Shown here piece after piece: positions 38,189 to 43,185 of a DNA stretch of 43,185 nt. The stretch covers positions 1-43,185 of the forward strand of contig JAWOBF010000115.1 of NCBI GenBank assembly GCA_046498225.1. The letters run 5' to 3'. This stretch comes from Candidatus Aegiribacteria sp. GTDB lineage: Bacteria; Fermentibacterota; Fermentibacteria; Fermentibacterales; JCC-6. Within the stretch, counting starts at the first letter, position 1. Every line of letters begins with the position of its first letter. The translations under genes and the position numbers were made by a program. Below the pieces are notes generated by a model. It searched no databases, was not told the origin of the DNA, and was given only the letters and a program-made list of their open reading frames with translations.

Positions 38189-39970
38189 ATGAAGAAGCTG
38201 GTAGTTGGAATGGGCACCTGCGGTCTCTCCGCCGGGGCCCAGGCGACCTACGACAGGCTGGAGGAACTCGCCCGGGAGCATTCCGATGTCTGCGTCCTTG
38301 CCAGGACCGGATGCATCGGCATGTGCTACCGGGAACCTCTGGTGGAGATAAGGGAGGGTGGCAGCCGCGTTATCTACGGAGGTGTCACACCCGAGTCGGC
38401 CGAGGAGATATTCCAGAGGCATGTACTTGAAGACCAGCCGATAGAGGACGGGAACCTGGTATACACCCGCAGCCCGGAAGGGGAGACATCGGGAGCCGAA
38501 TGCGGCTTCCTGGACCAGCAGGAAAGGATAGTCCTGCGCAACTGCGGCACCATCGACCCGGAATCCATCGAGGACTACGAGGCGGCCGGGGGGTACCGGG
38601 GAGTAAGAAAAGCCCTTGCGGAAATGGAACCTGAAGAGATAATCGAGGTCATCAAGGATTCCGGCCTCAGGGGCAGGGGCGGCGCCGGCTTTCCCACGGG
38701 ACTCAAATGGTCCTTTGCTGCGGCCAATGAGGGCGATCAGAAGTACGTTGTCTGCAATGCCGACGAGGGAGACCCGGGGGCATTCATGGACAGGTCGGTC
38801 CTGGAGGGAGACCCGCATGCGGTGCTGGAGGGCATGATAATCTGCGCCAGGGCTATAGGAGCAACCTTCGGCTATATATACTGCCGCGCGGAGTACCCGC
38901 TGGCCATAAGAAGGCTTCGAATCGCCATAGCATCCGCCAGGGAAAGGGGCTATCTGGGCAGGGACATACTGGGTTCCGGCTTCGATTTCGACATCAAGAT
39001 CAAGCAGGGGGCCGGAGCATTCGTCTGCGGTGAGGAGACGGCTCTCTTCGCCTCCATCGAGGGGGAGAGAGGAATGCCCAGGATAAGGCCTCCATTCCCC
39101 GCGGAGAAGGGGCTATGGAAGAAACCGACCAATAACAACAATGTGGAGACCTACGCCAACGTACCCTGGATAATCATGAACGGTCCGGAGGCATTCACCG
39201 CCTTCGGGACAGAGAAAAGCCCCGGCACCAAGGTATTCGCCCTGGCGGGCAAAGTAGTTCACGGCGGTCTGGCTGAAGTGCCCATGGGCACTACCATTGA
39301 GGACCTGGTTTTCAGGATCGGCGGAGGCATCAAACAGGGCAAGGAGTTCAAGGCCGTTCAGATGGGGGGACCTTCGGGGGGATGCATTCCCGCCGGTATG
39401 AAGGACACTCCCGTGGACTTTGAGTCCATTCCCGCAACCGGGGCCATAATGGGTTCGGGGGGAATGGTGGTCATGGACGAGGATACCTGCATGGTGGAGA
39501 TAGCAAGGTTCTTCCTGGATTTCACCCAGAAGGAATCCTGCGGCAAGTGCACATTCTGCAGGATAGGTACCCTCAGGATGCTGGAGATCCTGGAAAGGCT
39601 CACCAGGGGAGAGGGAGTTCCGGAGGACATCGAGAGGCTGGAGCAGCTCTCCATCCAGATCAAGGAGGCATCCCTCTGCGGCCTGGGACAGACGGCTCCC
39701 AACCCGGTCCAGACCACCATCCGCTACTACCCTGACGAGTACAGGGCCCACATCTTCGACAAGAAGTGTCCCGCCGGGGAATGTCAGGCCCTTGTGGAGT
39801 TCAGCATAGACCCGGAAAAATGCGTGGGTTGTACCCTGTGCGCGAAGAACTGCCCGGTGGACGCCATTTCGGGCGAGGTCAAGAAAGTTCACGTCATAGA
39901 CAGCGAAGTCTGCGTCAAATGCGGCAAGTGCCTGACCAGCTGCAATTTCGGCGCGGTAGTAACAAGGTAG
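38189..39970 (+). CDS. NuoF/HydB-like FMN/NADH-binding subunit with N-terminal thioredoxin-like Fe-S and C-terminal 2x[4Fe-4S] (BfuB-type)
   Basis: TCG...GCIGMC, SGLRGRGGAGFPTGLKW, NADEGDPGAFMDR, GAFVCGEETAL, GGPSGG, ESCGKCTFCR, LCGLG, HIFDKKCPAGEC, CVGCTLC and CVKCGKC. Confidence 0.93.
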   Translation: MKKLVVGMGTCGLSAGAQATYDRLEELAREHSDVCVLARTGCIGMCYREPLVEIREGGSRVIYGGVTPESAEEIFQRHVLEDQPIEDGNLVYTRSPEGETSGAECGFLDQQERIVLRNCGTIDPESIEDYEAAGGYRGVRKALAEMEPEEIIEVIKDSGLRGRGGAGFPTGLKWSFAAANEGDQKYVVCNADEGDPGAFMDRSVLEGDPHAVLEGMIICARAIGATFGYIYCRAEYPLAIRRLRIAIASARERGYLGRDILGSGFDFDIKIKQGAGAFVCGEETALFASIEGERGMPRIRPPFPAEKGLWKKPTNNNNVETYANVPWIIMNGPEAFTAFGTEKSPGTKVFALAGKVVHGGLAEVPMGTTIEDLVFRIGGGIKQGKEFKAVQMGGPSGGCIPAGMKDTPVDFESIPATGAIMGSGGMVVMDEDTCMVEIARFFLDFTQKESCGKCTFCRIGTLRMLEILERLTRGEGVPEDIERLEQLSIQIKEASLCGLGQTAPNPVQTTIRYYPDEYRAHIFDKKCPAGECQALVEFSIDPEKCVGCTLCAKNCPVDAISGEVKKVHVIDSEVCVKCGKCLTSCNFGAVVTR

Positions 39971-39979
39971 GAGCGGTCA

Positions 39980-42900
39980 ATGGAGAAGATCACACTGAAG
40001 ATCAACGGCAGGAAGATCGAGGCCACTCCGGGAAAGACCATCCTCGAAGTGGTTCAGGAGAACCAGCTGGACGACATACCTACCCTCTGTCATTCGCCGG
40101 AGCTTGAGCCCTACGGCTCCTGCTTCGTATGCGTGGTGGAGGTAAAGGGCAGGAACAACCTGGTCCCGGCCTGCGCCACACGCGTTGCCCCCGACATGGA
40201 GGTGGAGACCAGGAACGAGAGGATAACGGCCTCCAGAAAGACAGCTCTGGAACTCCTCACTTCCAATCATTACGCCGACTGTGTCTCTCCCTGCATGGAG
40301 GGATGCCCCGCCGGAGTAGACGCCCAGGGGTACATAGCCCTCTCGGCCATGGGACAGTACAGAAAGGCGGTCGACCTCATCAGGGAGACCAACCCTCTGC
40401 CCGCCGTCTGCGGAAGGGTCTGCGTCAGGAAGTGCGAGGACGAGTGCAGAAGGATGGACATCGACGCCTCGGTTGCCATCAACAATATCAAAAGATTTGT
40501 ATCCGACTCCCCCGAAGCCTACGCCACCGAACCGGAGTGCATGCCGGACACCGGGAAGACCGTGGGGATCGTGGGATCCGGTCCGGCAGGGCTCACCGCC
40601 GCATGGTTCCTTGGCAGAAACGGCATCAAGCCCGTTATCTACGAAGCGAACCAGCGGACTGGAGGAATGCTCAGGTACGGCATTCCCGAGTACAGGCTGC
40701 CGGATGAGATACTCGACCGGGAGGTAGACTACATCTGCCGTGCCGGAGCCGAGATAAGGTGCGGCGTCAGGGTCGGAAGGGATGTCTCTCTGAAGGAACT
40801 GCGTGAGCGGCACGACGCTGTATTCGTCGGCCCGGGAGCGTGGACCGGCAAGTCCATGCGGGTGGAGGGCGAGTACGATACCGAAGGCGTGGTGACAGGT
40901 GCGGACTTCCTTGTGGAGAAGGCCGACAACCCGGAGCCAGTTTCCGGCACGGTTGTGGTTGTCGGTGGCGGCAATACCGCTATGGACGCCGCCAGGACGG
41001 CCTGGAGGCTGAAGGCGGACAAGGTGATAGTTCTCTACAGGAGGACAAAAGCGGAGATGCCGGCTGACGAGATGGAGATAGAGGACTGCCTGGATGAGGG
41101 CATCGAGATAATGGAGCTGGCTGCTCCCGCCGGCATAGTCAAGAAGGATGGCAGGCTGGCGGCCCTCAAGTGCCAGAGAATGAAGCTGGGGGAACCCGAC
41201 TCCTCTGGCAGGCGCAGACCTGTACCCATCGAGGGCGCGGAATTCGAACTTCCATGTGACCTGGCCATTTCCGCGATAGGTCAGAACACGGTGCTGGACG
41301 GCCTGGTGGAAACCGATGGCCAGGAGCTGGACCTTACCCGTTGGAACACCTACATGATCGACGGGAAGACCATGATGACCAACGTGGAAGGTGTCTTCGC
41401 AGGCGGTGATGCCGCCGACGACGGCCCTACAGTGGCTATAGACGCCATTCGTGACGGCCAGAAGGCGGCCGGGGCCATAAGGGGCTGGCTGCTGGGCGAA
41501 GAGCTGCCGGACGAGCCGTTCGTGGTGAGAAAGGATTTCTGGTCCAAGCCCGGCCATGCCGAACTGGGAGAAATCAAGGAGTCTCCCCGTCACGAGGCCC
41601 ACCTCATCGACGTGGAGGAAAGACGCAACAGCTTCGTGGAGGTCTCCACCGGTTTCGAACCGGAGGATAACGTCCATGAATGCGAAAGATGTCTGTCATG
41701 CGGATGCGTCAGGTTCGATGACTGCAGCCTCAGGCTCTACGCCGAGGAATACGGCGTGGACATGGAGCATTTCAGGGGCTACGCGCGAAAGCACAGGGTA
41801 GACGACCGTCATCCCTACATTTCCTACGACCCCAACAAGTGCATACTCTGCTCCAGATGCATCAGAACGTGCGCCAGGGTTCTTCCCGTATCCGCCCTGG
41901 GGCTGGTGAACAGAGGTTTCAGGACGGAGATGCGGCCCGCGATGGATGACCCGCTGGTTGCCACCAGCTGCGTCAGCTGCGGCAACTGCGTGGACTCCTG
42001 CCCAACGGCGGCGCTTACCGTGAAGTATCCATTCCCCGGAAGGGCATGCCTGGAGAACCGGGAGGTGAAAACCCGCTGCGGTTTCTGTTCTCTCGGCTGC
42101 GAAGTTACGGTGAACACATTCGGGGAAGGCAGGTACTACATAACTTCATCCGGAGTTCCCGGTGACTATCTCTGCAGGTATGGGCGTTTCGGCCAGGAAC
42201 TTTTCATCAAGCAGGACAGGATTACCGGGCCCCTAGAGAAGGAGGGGTATTCCTACAGGCCCGCAAGCTTCGAGACAGCCGGCTCGAACATCGTGGAAGG
42301 TTTGAGGAAGGCGGCCGGGGAGCACGGTCCCGAAAGCGTTGCCGTCTTCGTCTCGCCGGAGCTGACCAACGAGGAAATGAGCCTTGCCTCCAGAATAGCC
42401 AGGGAAGGCATAGGCACCAACAACGTCGGTTCACTGGCCATCCTCTCCGGTGCGGGAAGGTCCGGAGCGCTGGATCCCGCATTCGGATTCACAGCATCCA
42501 CTTCGGACAGGCAATGCCTCAAGGACGCCGACCTGATAGTGTGCAACAACACTTCGCTGGAGTCGGACCATCTGATACTGGCTGTAGACGTGATAGAATC
42601 GGTAAGGAATGGCGCCAGGCTTGTGGTATCCAACTCGATCCTCGACGCCACAGATGAGCATCTTGCGGCACTGGCCGTGGATCCCATGCGCGGAAGGGCG
42701 TCGATCTTCTGGAACGCTGTGATGCAGGTTCTCATAGACGACGGGGACGTGGACCCCGGCTCGATCCGGGGAGGAGAAAGCTTCCTGGAGGGCAGGAACG
42801 TTTCAGTTGAGCTGGCCGCCGCGAAGGCCGGGGTTGAGGAGGGGGATATCTACGAGACCGCCGAACTCCTGCGCTACTCCGGCAATGTGGTCTTCATCCA

Positions 42901-43185
42901 CAGCCCGGACCGCGCACAGGACGCTTCACCGGACGACATGGAAATCTTCGCCGACCTGACCCTGCTTCTGAGAGAAGCGAGGAAGAAGTCGGATATCTTT
43001 CTGCCGAGGCTGCTGGCCAACAGCGCCGGACTGGAGGTTATGGGAGCCGATCCCGCGTTCCTTCCGGGCAGGGTTGCGGTTGAGAAGAAGCTTCCCGGAG
43101 CCTCATCCAGCCAGGAACTCAGGCAGATACTGGAGGAAGGTGATCTCAGGGCGGCCCTAATAATCGGCGAGAACCCCCTGGAGTA
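39980..43185 (+). CDS. Large Fe-S flavoprotein (partial, runs off the window): NuoG/HydA-like [2Fe-2S], GltD/NfnB-like FAD module, 2x[4Fe-4S], molybdopterin-oxidoreductase-like domain (BfuA-type)
   Basis: Not in the ORF track, consistent with no stop before the edge. ATG 39980 after AGGAG. Manual translation: MEKITLKINGR...IPTLCH...SCFVCVVEV...PACAT; CVSPCMEGCPAG; CGRVCVRKCEDECRR; GSGPAGL; YGIPEYRLP; GGGNTAMD; CILCSRC, CVSCGNC; TRCGFCSLGC...LCRYGRFG; TNEE...GTNNV. Confidence 0.92.
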   Translation, partial: MEKITLKINGRKIEATPGKTILEVVQENQLDDIPTLCHSPELEPYGSCFVCVVEVKGRNNLVPACATRVAPDMEVETRNERITASRKTALELLTSNHYADCVSPCMEGCPAGVDAQGYIALSAMGQYRKAVDLIRETNPLPAVCGRVCVRKCEDECRRMDIDASVAINNIKRFVSDSPEAYATEPECMPDTGKTVGIVGSGPAGLTAAWFLGRNGIKPVIYEANQRTGGMLRYGIPEYRLPDEILDREVDYICRAGAEIRCGVRVGRDVSLKELRERHDAVFVGPGAWTGKSMRVEGEYDTEGVVTGADFLVEKADNPEPVSGTVVVVGGGNTAMDAARTAWRLKADKVIVLYRRTKAEMPADEMEIEDCLDEGIEIMELAAPAGIVKKDGRLAALKCQRMKLGEPDSSGRRRPVPIEGAEFELPCDLAISAIGQNTVLDGLVETDGQELDLTRWNTYMIDGKTMMTNVEGVFAGGDAADDGPTVAIDAIRDGQKAAGAIRGWLLGEELPDEPFVVRKDFWSKPGHAELGEIKESPRHEAHLIDVEERRNSFVEVSTGFEPEDNVHECERCLSCGCVRFDDCSLRLYAEEYGVDMEHFRGYARKHRVDDRHPYISYDPNKCILCSRCIRTCARVLPVSALGLVNRGFRTEMRPAMDDPLVATSCVSCGNCVDSCPTAALTVKYPFPGRACLENREVKTRCGFCSLGCEVTVNTFGEGRYYITSSGVPGDYLCRYGRFGQELFIKQDRITGPLEKEGYSYRPASFETAGSNIVEGLRKAAGEHGPESVAVFVSPELTNEEMSLASRIAREGIGTNNVGSLAILSGAGRSGALDPAFGFTASTSDRQCLKDADLIVCNNTSLESDHLILAVDVIESVRNGARLVVSNSILDATDEHLAALAVDPMRGRASIFWNAVMQVLIDDGDVDPGSIRGGESFLEGRNVSVELAAAKAGVEEGDIYETAELLRYSGNVVFIHSPDRAQDASPDDMEIFADLTLLLREARKKSDIFLPRLLANSAGLEVMGADPAFLPGRVAVEKKLPGASSSQELRQILEEGDLRAALIIGENPLE

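Noticed and set aside
39977..41677. 566-aa minus-strand ORF in the track
   Set aside because: It is the antisense shadow of the real plus-strand Fe-S flavoprotein starting at 39980.
37614..43185. Complex I (nuoEFG), [FeFe]-hydrogenase or selenocysteine formate dehydrogenase
   Set aside because: No membrane nuo genes or H-cluster motifs are in view, and there is no Cys or TGA at the Fdh ligand position. The C-terminus is outside the window, so this is not fully closed.
1..43185. tRNA, rRNA, IS elements, prophage or integron
   Set aside because: None recognised by eye. Intergenic gaps are short and no transposase or integrase ORFs are present. tRNAscan and Infernal were not run.

Overview
A gene-dense, GC-rich chromosomal window from an anaerobic bacterium. 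Three secreted proteins carry T9SS/FlgD-like C-terminal sorting domains, which suggests the FCB superphylum, possibly Fermentibacterota-like (inference only). I found no rRNA, tRNA, CRISPR array, integrase or transposase. The left ~29 kb holds signalling and housekeeping genes: an adenylate cyclase-STAND ATPase-TPR protein, a PAS hybrid histidine kinase, a PAS-GGDEF protein, trmO/tsaA, birA, a nitroreductase, slyD, M6 and S8 proteases, a PAP2/DAGK pair, an Fe/cobalamin-type ABC transporter, an orphan pstS, a YyaL-like protein, beta-propellers and a sulfatase-fold lipoprotein. The right ~14 kb is the most notable part, a glutamate/NADP(H) redox locus. It contains a REC-REC-PPDK-type ATP-grasp protein with no pyruvate-binding barrel, gdhA, nfnAB, an HTH-less response regulator with two Lrp/AsnC ligand-binding domains, and a HydABC-like (Bfu-type) complex. 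The large subunit of that complex is missing from the supplied ORF track because it runs off the window. It fuses a GltD/NfnB module to a molybdopterin-oxidoreductase-like domain lacking the Cys/Sec ligand. Candidate regulatory sites read from the sequence are a BirA operator, a 4x11-bp Pho box and a Rex-like palindrome. All functional calls rest on motifs recognised by eye; no database searches were run.
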